From Gemmataceae bacterium (GTDB taxonomy: Bacteria; Planctomycetota; Planctomycetia; Gemmatales; Gemmataceae), in assembly GCA_035307785.1 (NCBI GenBank), contig DATGHS010000223.1, positions 1 through 35,280 on the forward strand: a DNA stretch of 35,280 bases, written 5' to 3'. The position numbers were made by a program, and so were the translations under genes. This document shows, piece after piece, positions 26,590 through 35,280 of this stretch (the stretch's first letter is position 1; the number at the start of each line of letters is the position of its first letter). The notes under the pieces were generated by a model. It made no database searches. It was not told the DNA's origin and was given only the letters and a program-made list of their open reading frames with translations.

Positions 26590-26883
26590 GCGGCTGACAT
26601 CTCAGCTGCCATGCACCGCCATTCGTTGCCGAATTAGGCGGTCGGGTGCATAGTTCGGCCCAACGAATGCAACGTTGCAACGAATCTGTCGGGCCCGGCG
26701 ATCAAGTCCTGTAAGTATCCAGTAGCAAACGACTTGCGCAGAAAACGCTGTCCGGCTGCGCAATCTCGATTTGTTGCCGAATCCTGCGACCGCCGCCGAC
26801 ATGGCCGACGCGCGCAACGAATTGAGCCGTATCGCAGTGCTGGTAGTAGTTCGTTCGAGCTGATTAGCAGCCGGAATGCACTA

Positions 26884-27426
26884 CTACCTCGCCTCCCGTG
26901 GTGAGCTGCCCGGCGGCGGTTGACCGGGGCTCGATTCATTGGCATTGCCCGCCTTGGGCCCGCCCGGCAGATCGGGCCGGGTGGTCGATTGGTCGTTCTT
27001 TAATTCCTGGATGGGCTGACCGAAGTACATGTCCTTTGGTCCTGGGCCTTCCACTCCTTCGGGCCCCGGCACATCGTGATAGCGGCGCAGGAACTCCACG
27101 AGCTTGGCGTATTCTTTGCCCGTCAGATTGGCGCGCACGCGCATGTGGGCGGCCACATTCTGGAAGTTGGAAAATGGCCGCTCGGCCAGCGTAGGCGCAC
27201 TGTGGCAATAGCTGCAATACATCGAAAAGACCTTGCCGCCCGTCAGCGAATCCTCGTACGATTGGCAGCCATTGCCGTCTTTCACCGGCGTCGGCATGCG
27301 CAGCGGCGCCGGACCTTCCTCCAACGTCGAAGTCGCGACCGGCGTTTGGTGGCATCCATACGAGCCGAGGATGCCGGCCATGATCAGGGCCGGGGCAATC
27401 AGCCAGCGCTTCCCTTTGCTTCGCAT
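26884..27426 (-). CDS. Monoheme cytochrome c, probable lipoprotein
   Basis: CSYCHS (CxxCH). N-terminal LIAPALIMAGILGSYGC lipobox-like. Pro/Gly-rich C-terminal tail. Confidence 0.7.
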   Translation of the reverse strand: MRSKGKRWLIAPALIMAGILGSYGCHQTPVATSTLEEGPAPLRMPTPVKDGNGCQSYEDSLTGGKVFSMYCSYCHSAPTLAERPFSNFQNVAAHMRVRANLTGKEYAKLVEFLRRYHDVPGPEGVEGPGPKDMYFGQPIQELKNDQSTTRPDLPGGPKAGNANESSPGQPPPGSSPREAR

Positions 27427-27439
27427 ATACCGCTACTCC

Positions 27440-29026
27440 TTACCAGCCCCAGGCCAATTGGAAGAGCAAATTGTTGTCGTGAAGATGGAACCCGGGCTCG
27501 TCGTTGATTTCATAGGCCGCCTGCAACAGCATGCGCGGCGAAATATAGTAGTTCAGTCCAAACGCATTCTGTTGCCGGGTCACCGGCACATCGACCGGCG
27601 TGGGGTAGGTCCCGATCGTGAGCGTCGTGGGATCGATGCCCTGGAAATTCACGTAGCTATAGCGATAGACGAACTCCAGTTTTTGCAGGAAGCGGTTGGC
27701 ACTGTCGCGCGGCCGGTAGGCGAGCTGGCCATAGAAGCCCTGGCGCACGATGTCGGTGCCAATGATGTCGCCGGCCTGCTGGTACAGCGCGCCGTACTCG
27801 AACCGGAAATCCCAGTTGCCTTTGCGGTAGTTGAAATCGGCCGCCCAAAGCGTGATCGAGTCGTTGAAGCCGGCCATGTACGGGCCGTTGTACATGGCCG
27901 ACAATCCGGCCGCCAAACCAACTTCCGGCCACCACAGGCCGATTCGGCCGCCGAATGCCTTTTGATTCGAGATCAGGCTAAACGTGCCTTCCATGCCTTC
28001 AAGGTTGGCCAGCTCATCGGGAGTCGGCGCTCCAGGCGCTCCCGGCGTCACGTTCATGGCGTTCGACACGTACGCGTTGTACTCAAGCTTGATTGGCGAA
28101 CAGCCCAGGTAGAAGGAGCCTTGTGCTTGGACGCCCAGTAGCGCCGTCGGCGGCAAAACTTGCATCCAGAGGATCGGCACGCCGCCGGGCGCATCGCCGG
28201 GGAGCTTGTTGATCCAGGGATTATTCAGGCGCTCGTTGTACCAGCCGATCGGCGCCACAAAGCGGCCGGCAATGATTGTCAGCCAGTCGTTGACAAAGAA
28301 GTCGGCCTGGAGGAACGTCGGATTCACGGTCCCGCCGGCGCCGACCGAGATTTCGCCCTCGAAGAGAATCCACTCGTTGAGCTTCAGGAAGAAGTCGGGC
28401 GAGAATTCGCCGAAGTAAAAGCCTCCTGGCACATCGGGCCGCCCGGCGCCATTGGCCGCCGTGGTTGGGTCGCCCAGGAGCTTCGCGTAACCAAACGCCA
28501 TCGTGCTGTAAATGCTAAGCGGCGATTCATTGGTCTGGCTGGGGAAGAACAGTTCTTTGAGCTGCGTCGGCAAGCGCGGTCCGTTGCGTTCGTCGGCATC
28601 GATATGCGCGTTGAGGGCATCGACCGCCGATTCCAATTGCTGGTCGCGCTGGGCCGCTTGCACCGAGCGCGCTTCCAACGTGGCGGTCTGCGCCTGAAGC
28701 TTTTCGATGGCGGGAGCGGATGGCGGCTGCTTTTTCAGTTGCTCGGCCAGCAGTTCGATCATTTTCTGCTGAAGCTCGACTTGCTTGCGCAATAACTCGA
28801 CTTGCTTCTTGACGTCGTCGTCTTTGGGTTCGTCGGCCTGGATGCGCACAAATTCCGGCGGCGCAGCGGCCGAATCTCGAACCGGCGGACCAAATTGCGC
28901 CGCCGCCGGACTGGGCATTCTGGGGGGGGCAAGAATGGGCTGGCCCGGACTTTCCTGGCCGCCGGCGTTATTCGTGGCCACCAGAACCACCGTTGCCATC
29001 AGGGCAGCGCCAAACCAAATGCGCAT
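27440..29026 (-). CDS. Outer-membrane porin-like protein: N-terminal coiled coil + C-terminal beta-barrel (DcaP-like architecture); ORF extends to 29122
   Basis: Signal peptide MRIWFGAALMATVVLVATNNAGGQE at 29026. Coiled-coil KKQVELLRKQVELQQKMIELLAEQLKK. Alternating aromatic/Gly beta-strand region ending in an aromatic C-terminus (LAWGW). Confidence 0.55.
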   Translation of the reverse strand: MRIWFGAALMATVVLVATNNAGGQESPGQPILAPPRMPSPAAAQFGPPVRDSAAAPPEFVRIQADEPKDDDVKKQVELLRKQVELQQKMIELLAEQLKKQPPSAPAIEKLQAQTATLEARSVQAAQRDQQLESAVDALNAHIDADERNGPRLPTQLKELFFPSQTNESPLSIYSTMAFGYAKLLGDPTTAANGAGRPDVPGGFYFGEFSPDFFLKLNEWILFEGEISVGAGGTVNPTFLQADFFVNDWLTIIAGRFVAPIGWYNERLNNPWINKLPGDAPGGVPILWMQVLPPTALLGVQAQGSFYLGCSPIKLEYNAYVSNAMNVTPGAPGAPTPDELANLEGMEGTFSLISNQKAFGGRIGLWWPEVGLAAGLSAMYNGPYMAGFNDSITLWAADFNYRKGNWDFRFEYGALYQQAGDIIGTDIVRQGFYGQLAYRPRDSANRFLQKLEFVYRYSYVNFQGIDPTTLTIGTYPTPVDVPVTRQQNAFGLNYYISPRMLLQAAYEINDEPGFHLHDNNLLFQLAWGW

Positions 29027-29353
29027 GGGAATTCTCGCCAGTTCGCTCGCACAATCGACGGGCCCAGGGCACCAGGCCCGCGCAGATTCGCCGCGCCGCC
29101 GTGGCGCGCGGATTTGCCGCAATTGCCGATTGGGCAGAATGTACTGGTATTATCGGTTTTGCTGCGTTTATTAATGAGCGAACTTTGGCAAACCGACCGT
29201 GCTTCAAGCCAGATGCAAGGTAGCAATTCAGCGAGCGCATGGTGCAAGCAATCTCAACGCTTGCAGCTCATGCGGCTACAACATTCCTTGTGCCGGAAAC
29301 TTCTCTTTCAAAAAAGTGACAAGGATTTCGCCTTTCATTGCTGGGTTTCGCCA

Positions 29354-32300
29354 ATGCGACCTTACTTTCATTCGTTCGTCCTGGTTTTCGTCGGTTTGAC
29401 TCAATCCTCCTCATTCGCACAAACGCCGCCCATCCGAAACGGCACCGACGCCGCGCGGAAGGAGATGGCCGCGTTCCGCTATCCGGCCGGGCTCAAAGTC
29501 GAACTGTTTGCCTGCGAGCCGATGCTCGCCAGTCCGGTGGCCATTTGTCTCGACGAAAAGGGCCGCGTGTTCGTGGCTGAGGAGTATCGTTTCAACCAGG
29601 GGACGGAAGAGAACCGCACGCGCCCGTTTTTGCTCGAAGATGACTTGCAGTTGCGCACAGTAGATGACCGCCTCGCCATGTACAAGAAGCATGCTGACAA
29701 GTTTCCTGGCGGCATGAGTTGGTTCTCGAAACATTCCGACCAGGTGCGCATGCTGGTGGACCGCGCCGGCACCGGCCATGCCGATTATTCCACCGTCTTT
29801 GCGGGCGGCTTCAACGATCCGCTCGACGGTCTGGCCGCAGGAGTCCTGGCGCGCGACGGAAACCTTTATTTCACCTGCATTCCGCATCTGTGGCTGCTGA
29901 AAGACACGAGAGGCACCGGTCACGCCGACGTGCGCATTCCGTTGCATCGCGGCTTCGGCGTCGATTGCGCCTTCCTGGGCCACGACTTGCACGGCCTGAC
30001 TTGGGGACCTGACGGCAAGTTGTATTTCTCGGTGGGCGATCGCGGGTTCAACGTCACCTCGAAGGAAGGGAAGACCTTCGTTGGCCCGCGCACCGGCGGC
30101 GTGTTTCGCTGCAATCCCGACGGCTCGGAATTGGAGCTAATCTTCCGCGGCCTGCGGAATCCACAGGGGTTGGCCTTCGACCAGTACGGCAACCTCTTCG
30201 CCGACGACAACAACTGCGACAAGGGCGACGATTCGCGCCTGGTCTACATTGCCGAAGGCGGCGACGCGGGCTGGAATATGGCCTACCAGACCATCCCCGA
30301 GCCGTATCTCACCGGCCCCTGGCACGCGGAGCGCATGTGGCATCTGTACCACAAGGGCCAACCGGCGTGGATCGTGCCGCCGGTGGGCAAGATCGGCACC
30401 GGGCCGTCCGGCTTCGAGTTCACGAGCGGCATCAGCCTACCGCCGCGCTACCACAACCGCTTCTTCATGTGCAATTACACCGGCAACGGCGGCGTGGAGT
30501 CATTCGGCGTCGTGAACAAAGGCGCGGGTTTCGAGATAGTCGATTACCACGATTTCCTCAAGCCGATCCACGCGACCGACGTAAAGATGGGCTACGACGG
30601 CAAGCTTTATGTTTCCGATTTCGTTGACTTGCTCTGGAACGGCGGCACAGCGGGGGGGCGGATTTACACGGTGCTTGATCCGGAGCGGGTGAAGAGCCTC
30701 CAGGTACAAGACGTCCAATCTCTGTTTAAAACGGGCATCTCCCGCCTCGCCCGGAACAGCGATTTGGCGGAGTTAATGGCCTATCCCGATTTGCGCGTCC
30801 GACAACGTGCTCAGTTCGCGCTCGCCGAACGCGGCGCGAAATCGATAGCCGTGCTTAACGAAGTGCTGGCACACGGGTTCCGACATCCTGAATGGAACAC
30901 GGAACAACTAGGCAGAATGCACGCTATCTGGGGCCTGGGACAAATTGGCCGGCACGCACCAGAGGCATTGAAAAAGCTGCTGCCCTTCCTTAAAGACCCG
31001 GATGTCGAAATTCGTGCCCAGGTCTTGCGCATTCTTGGTGATGACCATTTCCGTGGCGCAGAAGACGAGTTCGTAGGCCTGCTGAAGGATGAGAGCCCGC
31101 GTGTCCGCTATTTCGCGGCGATGGGGCTGGGAAAACTAAAGCATCGCGCTGCCGTCGATGGCCTTTTCGCCATGTTGGAACAGAATCATGACGACGACCC
31201 CTTCCTTCGTCACGTGGGGATCTATGCTCTGGCTCAAATCGGCGATGCCGAAGCGGTGCAAGCCCGAGCGAAGCACCCGTCGCCATCGGTTCGCGTGGCT
31301 GTCCTCCTCATTCAGCGGCGCTTGCAAGACAAACGAATCAGCCAGTTCCTGAACGACAGCGAACTCGACATCGTCACGGAAGCGGCGCGGGCCATTCACG
31401 ACCTGCCGCTCGACAGCGAGCTTCCCGCTCTGGCCGCCGCCCTGGATCGCTTCGCCGGCCGAATGGAATCGGAAGCGGAGCCCTTGCTGCGCCGGATTAT
31501 CGATGCGCATTTCCGCCTGGGTCAAGCCGAGAACGCACGGGCTTTAGCTCGCTATGTGGCCAACGACGCCGGTTCGCCGCGAATGCGCTCGGAAGCATTG
31601 TCCGCCCTGGCCGACTGGACCGAGCCATCACCCCGTGATCGCGTGACCTGGTTCTGGCGGCCGCTGGCCAAGCGCGATCAGCAGATCATCAAGCAGGTAT
31701 TGGAAGAATCCATCGGCACGATCCTGAGCCGGACTTCGGGCCAGCCACAGATTCAAGCGGTTAATCTCATCACGAAGAATCAGATCAAGGCCGACGATGG
31801 CACGTTCTTCCGCTGGCTGACCGATCCACAGCGCGATGGCCCGGCTCGTTTGGCCGCCCTCCGACTGCTCGTGTCCCGCAAGTTTCCGCAGTTGGACCTC
31901 GCCATTGGACTGTGCATGAAAGACAGCGACCCGCACGTCCGCGCGGAAGCTCGCCAGGCCCTGGCAGGTCTTCATCCCGAATTGGCCACGCCCTTGCTGG
32001 CTGAAGCACTTTGCCGGCCGCAAAGCGCGGTGGTGGAGAAACAGCAGGCCCTGGCCACCTTGGCCCGGATGCGCGCTGAGCCGGCCAGGAAACTTCTCGA
32101 AGCCTGGGCCGCCCGGTTGGCCAAGGGCGAAGCGCCGCTGGAACTGCAACTCGACTTGCTCGAAGCACTTGGCCAAGTGCCCGGCGATCCCTTCAAGCAG
32201 GCGATTCAGAAATTCCAATCCAGGCAATCGCCATCCGACCCGCTCGCCAAGTTTCGCGTCAGCCTGTACGGCGGCGATGCCGAGCGCGGCCGGCAATTAT

Positions 32301-32695
32301 TCGTCGGCCATTCGGTGGCCCAGTGTATCCGCTGCCACAAGATCGACGGTCAGGGCGGCGATGCCGGGCCGGATTTGTCGAAGGTCGCCGAGCGCAATCC
32401 CAAGAACACGCGCGAGTATCTACTGGAATCGATGATCTTCCCGAACGCCAAAATCGCCCCGGGCTATGGTTCCGTCACGCTGACGCTAACCAACGGCAAA
32501 GTCGTCGCCGGCATCGTCAAGTCCGACACCGAGCAAGCCGTCGTGCTGCTTGGCTCCGATGGAAAAGAAGTAACTGTGCGCACTAAAGATATTGAGGAGC
32601 GCACGGCGCCAACGTCCGCAATGCCGGAGATGGGCCGCGCGCTCTCGCTGCGCGAATTGCGCGATCTGGTGGAATTTCTGGCGGCAAGGAAATGA
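29354..32695 (+). CDS. PVC-type membrane-bound-dehydrogenase-domain / HEAT-repeat / cytochrome c protein (TIGR02604 + TIGR02603-like architecture)
   Basis: ORF from 28802, but the first 184 codons are antisense to the porin gene. Signal peptide MRPYFHSFVLVFVGLTQSSSFAQ at 29354. Beta-propeller dehydrogenase-like block (GLAFDQYGNLFADDNNCDKGDD). HEAT repeats (DPDVEIRAQVLRILG, SPRVRYFAAMGLG, SPSVRVAVLL). C-terminal CIRCHKIDGQGGDAGPDL heme site. Confidence 0.8.
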   Translation: MRPYFHSFVLVFVGLTQSSSFAQTPPIRNGTDAARKEMAAFRYPAGLKVELFACEPMLASPVAICLDEKGRVFVAEEYRFNQGTEENRTRPFLLEDDLQLRTVDDRLAMYKKHADKFPGGMSWFSKHSDQVRMLVDRAGTGHADYSTVFAGGFNDPLDGLAAGVLARDGNLYFTCIPHLWLLKDTRGTGHADVRIPLHRGFGVDCAFLGHDLHGLTWGPDGKLYFSVGDRGFNVTSKEGKTFVGPRTGGVFRCNPDGSELELIFRGLRNPQGLAFDQYGNLFADDNNCDKGDDSRLVYIAEGGDAGWNMAYQTIPEPYLTGPWHAERMWHLYHKGQPAWIVPPVGKIGTGPSGFEFTSGISLPPRYHNRFFMCNYTGNGGVESFGVVNKGAGFEIVDYHDFLKPIHATDVKMGYDGKLYVSDFVDLLWNGGTAGGRIYTVLDPERVKSLQVQDVQSLFKTGISRLARNSDLAELMAYPDLRVRQRAQFALAERGAKSIAVLNEVLAHGFRHPEWNTEQLGRMHAIWGLGQIGRHAPEALKKLLPFLKDPDVEIRAQVLRILGDDHFRGAEDEFVGLLKDESPRVRYFAAMGLGKLKHRAAVDGLFAMLEQNHDDDPFLRHVGIYALAQIGDAEAVQARAKHPSPSVRVAVLLIQRRLQDKRISQFLNDSELDIVTEAARAIHDLPLDSELPALAAALDRFAGRMESEAEPLLRRIIDAHFRLGQAENARALARYVANDAGSPRMRSEALSALADWTEPSPRDRVTWFWRPLAKRDQQIIKQVLEESIGTILSRTSGQPQIQAVNLITKNQIKADDGTFFRWLTDPQRDGPARLAALRLLVSRKFPQLDLAIGLCMKDSDPHVRAEARQALAGLHPELATPLLAEALCRPQSAVVEKQQALATLARMRAEPARKLLEAWAARLAKGEAPLELQLDLLEALGQVPGDPFKQAIQKFQSRQSPSDPLAKFRVSLYGGDAERGRQLFVGHSVAQCIRCHKIDGQGGDAGPDLSKVAERNPKNTREYLLESMIFPNAKIAPGYGSVTLTLTNGKVVAGIVKSDTEQAVVLLGSDGKEVTVRTKDIEERTAPTSAMPEMGRALSLRELRDLVEFLAARK

Positions 32696-32830
32696 AGGCG
32701 GAGTTTTTTTAATTGGTCCCAGTTTTGTTTCCCGAGGGCGGCACCGGCAGTCCGACAGAACGACACAGTTGCGGGAATTGGAGGTAGGTCCTGTCCAATA
32801 CTACCGGTGCGGCGCGCCGTCGGGCTGCTT

Positions 32831-33226
32831 CTATTGCGTCGACAAGGTCACCACGTGGGTTTCATAGTTACGGGTGCGCCGGTTCCAGATCAGAAGCTCC
32901 ACGGTCCCATTGGAACGCTGCAGCTCGTTCGGCAGCGGGTACACGTAACCGTTCACGATGCCGATCCGCTTCCCATCCACCCTCACAATGTAATCGCCTT
33001 GTTCCAACCCCAGCCTCCAGGCCGGTGAGTTCACGATGACACTCGTAATACGAGCGCCCGATTCCGTGTTCTCGTAGTACACGCCGAGTTTGTAGATGGG
33101 GTTTCGCCCGCCGGGTACCATTTGCGGCAGTTGCGCCTGAGCCTGGGCCAACGCAACGTCGGCGCCGCCCAAAGCGAAGGCCACCGCAAGACCCAAAGCC
33201 ATCAGGTTTTTGCTTTGGTAAATCAT
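32831..33226 (-). CDS. Small secreted PDZ-like domain protein (ORF extends to 33331)
   Basis: Signal peptide MIYQSKNLMALGLAVAFALGGADVALAQAQA at 33226. ARITSVIVNSPAWRLGLEQGDYIVRVDGKRI PDZ-like core. Confidence 0.5.
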   Translation of the reverse strand: MIYQSKNLMALGLAVAFALGGADVALAQAQAQLPQMVPGGRNPIYKLGVYYENTESGARITSVIVNSPAWRLGLEQGDYIVRVDGKRIGIVNGYVYPLPNELQRSNGTVELLIWNRRTRNYETHVVTLSTQ

Positions 33227-33378
33227 GGGCGTTCTCCTTTCGGGATGCAGTGCAGGTGCCCCCAAATGCTGTCTTCTCTCCTCAACCTTTCTTAATTCAG
33301 GGAAACGGCGAAATCCTGGAGCGATCACCAAACAATTGGATAACCGCCGTATTCCCCGACCTTCCCTTCGCCGTGTGA

Positions 33379-34119
33379 TTAGTCCTTCGGTGGTTGAGAA
33401 TTCTCCTTTTCTTTGAGTTTCCGAATGTATTCCAGTTCGCTCAACGCCAACTTATTGTTGGGCTCGACTTTCAGCGATTGCTCGTAAGCCGCTTTGGCCT
33501 CGTCCAGGCGGCCGAGGTCGATGAGAGTCGCCCCTACTCCACGCAGCGCCACGCCGTGCTGGCTCTGGTTGCTGGCAAATTGCTCCGCCAGCTTCACCGC
33601 CTGCTCATACGACTCCAGCCCTTCTTGCAATCGGCCGAGCCGGTTCAGGATGAACCCCTGTTCGGTGAGCGCGTTGGTTGCGAGCGGCCGGTATTCAATT
33701 TCGACCCGCGAATACTCAAGTGCATCGGCGTATTGCTTCCGCTCGGCCGCGACGAAGGTCTTGTAATGAAGTGCTTCGCCATACGCATAATCCAGCCATT
33801 CGACTTTGCCGAGTTTCGGGTTGGCTTTTTGGTAATACTCGAATTCGGCCTTGTTGGCGAACGACAGATAGGTCGCCTTGGGGTCGGTCATGAGCTTCTG
33901 GAAGGCAGCGATAACCTCGTCGCAAGCCTGATCGACCTCGGCCAGTTTTCCCTGTTGCGCGAGATTGGTGAATTCTTCGATCACTTTGCGATGCTCAAAG
34001 CCAATGCCGGGCTCGAGGCCGGACACCGGCGCGTGCGTGACGACGGGTGTTGACTCCTGCGCGAAAGCGACGTTGGCAATCAAGATGACGCAGAACGTGA
34101 ATAGGTGGCGTGCGAACAT
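33379..34119 (-). CDS. Secreted TPR-repeat protein
   Basis: Signal peptide MFARHLFTFCVILIANVAFAQE. TPR-like helices (ALEYSRVEIEYRPLATNALTEQGFILNRLGRLQEGLESYEQAVKLAEQ..., GRLDEAKAAYEQSLKVEPNN). Confidence 0.7.
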   Translation of the reverse strand: MFARHLFTFCVILIANVAFAQESTPVVTHAPVSGLEPGIGFEHRKVIEEFTNLAQQGKLAEVDQACDEVIAAFQKLMTDPKATYLSFANKAEFEYYQKANPKLGKVEWLDYAYGEALHYKTFVAAERKQYADALEYSRVEIEYRPLATNALTEQGFILNRLGRLQEGLESYEQAVKLAEQFASNQSQHGVALRGVGATLIDLGRLDEAKAAYEQSLKVEPNNKLALSELEYIRKLKEKENSQPPKD

Positions 34120-34395
34120 GGCATTCCCTCCCTATCGTTCGATTTGACGACGGTGAAGCGCCAGCCTCGCCGGCATAAAGTCCCAAGCAGAATCTCGGAC
34201 CGAGGCACCGGAAAACGGAGCAAACCTTGTGCCCGCATAAACCAAGCGGCTGGCGGAGAGTGCAAACAGCAGGAAATGACGGGATTTAGCGAGGCGGTAT
34301 CAAGAACGGCGAGTGCCTGGACCAGCAAGCGGCGCGCGGCCCCCGCACGCCGCCGCGAGCGGTGTGTGCCGAACCCGCACGGACGAATTCTGTTC

Positions 34396-34530
34396 ATGAG
34401 CGAGCTGTATCGCATCGTTGAAGACATCGACGAGCGCCCGATCCGAACGCCCGCGATCCCGCAAATAGGCTGCGCGCTGTCGCTGCGCGAATTGCGCGAT
34501 CTGGTGGAATTGTTGCCGGCAAGGAAATGA
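34396..34530 (+). pseudogene. Remnant/duplicate of the 3' end (~40 codons) of a PVC cytochrome-c protein paralogous to 29354-32695
   Basis: 34470-34530 (gcgctgtcgctgcgcgaattgcgcgatctggtggaattgttgccggcaaggaaatga) is near-identical to 32637-32695. Encoded EDIDERPIRTPAIPQIGCALSLRELRDLVELLPARK matches KDIEERTAPTSAMPEMGRALSLRELRDLVEFLAARK. Upstream ORF sequence is unrelated. Confidence 0.5.
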
Positions 34531-34702
34531 GGGTTGTGTCACTTCAACTGAGTAGTTCAAAATCTTAGATGACAACTCAATTTGATCCACATTCTTGGGA
34601 TTTTCTTAAGAATTTTGCTTGACTCGCAGAAGCGCGCATGTTCTCATGGCAGGCAGTCGCGTGCTGGATTGCCCCCACACTCTCTACGCTAGGATCTGCC
34701 CC

Positions 34703-35280
34703 ATGAAGTTGCCCCCGCGCTGGTTCGGCAGGAATCGCATTTGGCTGAGGCTCGAACAACTCGAAGACCGCAACGCTCCTTCCGACTCACTCTCGGCCAT
34801 CCTGCAAGCCGCCTGCCTAAGTAACGCAGCGGTGGATTTTGCCGCTGCACAAACAGCTCCCGCCGGTGACTTCACGACTGCCGAAGACCCACTGGCTGCG
34901 GTCAGCCTCTCATCGTCGTCCCCTGCAACCACCGACTTGACCGAGTGGTTACCTGCCAACGATTCCGGGCGAACCCCGAGCGCTCAGACCGACTTGGATC
35001 GGCCCGCCGCGAACGGCTTATCTTTCGACCAACGCCCGGCCGACGCCCTGTTTGCCAACTGGATCGACAGCAGCATCGACCGGAGCGACCTCTCGGCGTC
35101 TCTCGACGGTCAATCCGCTGGGCCAAGCTTTGTTGCCCCAGGCAACAATGTGCCGGCTCCCCAGCCAGCGGGGGCAGCTACACCGGGCGGCGCGCAGACG
35201 GGGGCGACAAATGCCAATCCCACCAGCGCGTCGCCCTCGTTTTCACCGTCCACAAGCAGCAATTTCACGCCGCCATTTAT
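34703..35280 (+). CDS. 5' end of a secreted/large protein with planctomycete-type N-terminal motif (R..LRLEQLEDRN); continues beyond window
   Basis: ATG 34703. Open frame to window end (not in ORF track because it has no stop). MKLPPRWFGRNRIWLRLEQLEDRNAPS followed by low-complexity Ser/Ala/Pro/Thr-rich sequence. TTGACT -35-like at 34619-34624 upstream. Confidence 0.5.
   Translation, partial: MKLPPRWFGRNRIWLRLEQLEDRNAPSDSLSAILQAACLSNAAVDFAAAQTAPAGDFTTAEDPLAAVSLSSSSPATTDLTEWLPANDSGRTPSAQTDLDRPAANGLSFDQRPADALFANWIDSSIDRSDLSASLDGQSAGPSFVAPGNNVPAPQPAGAATPGGAQTGATNANPTSASPSFSPSTSSNFTPPF

Noticed and set aside
28802-29353. N-terminal 184 codons of ORF 28802-32695
   Set aside because: Fully antisense to the porin gene with junk composition. 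A canonical signal peptide begins at the Met at 29354.
32696-32830. T7 run (ggcggagttttttt) after the big PVC gene as an intrinsic terminator
   Set aside because: No convincing GC-rich stem immediately precedes the T-run, so it is left uncalled.
1-35280. tRNA, rRNA and CRISPR search
   Set aside because: No T-loop-like GGTTCGAATCC-type segments in intergenic regions. No spaced direct-repeat arrays. No rRNA-like conserved stretches found by eye.

Overview
High-GC (~60%) bacterial chromosomal window with many Planctomycetota-like hallmarks: abundant WD40 proteins, secreted proteins with signal peptides, a PVC-type dehydrogenase/HEAT/cytochrome-c giant protein, and an N-terminal LEQLEDR motif. 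The taxon call is inference only. Content by coordinate:

- 1-3100: the C-terminal end of a WD40 protein, a DUF4189 secreted protein, and a Tat-signal sugar-phosphate isomerase.
- 3165-4342: a toxin-antitoxin island. It holds a hicB-hicA pair and a convergent HicB-like antitoxin followed by an unassigned low-GC gene.
- 4415-9109: a MoxR/RavA-like AAA+ ATPase, two secreted hypotheticals, a secreted HExxH metallopeptidase-like protein, and a 75-nt perfect palindrome.
- 9215-12373: housekeeping genes rpmA (L27), archaeal-type cofactor-independent phosphoglycerate mutase (apgM), and pgi.
- 13429-21806: a co-directional minus-strand cluster, which I consider the most interesting part. It runs: Pro-rich tandem-repeat protein, then phycobilisome-like globin-fold protein, then V4R (Bet3-like) domain protein, then a ParA/MinD paralog with a natural Lys-to-Arg Walker A (GGTGRTT), then a 1.4-kaa ParA/MinD ATPase fused to three WD40 beta-propellers, then Hsp20, then a Rieske 2Fe-2S protein.
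- 21947-23128: a secreted beta-helix/PDZ protein.
- 23275-29026: a P1B-type heavy-metal ATPase fused in frame to an HflK/SPFH domain, followed by a cytochrome c lipoprotein and a coiled-coil beta-barrel porin.
- 29354-35280: a 1113-aa PVC dehydrogenase/HEAT/cyt-c protein, small PDZ and TPR secreted proteins, a ~40-codon duplicated gene-end remnant of the PVC protein, and the 5' end of a protein with a planctomycete-type N-terminus.

No rRNA, tRNA or CRISPR array recognised.
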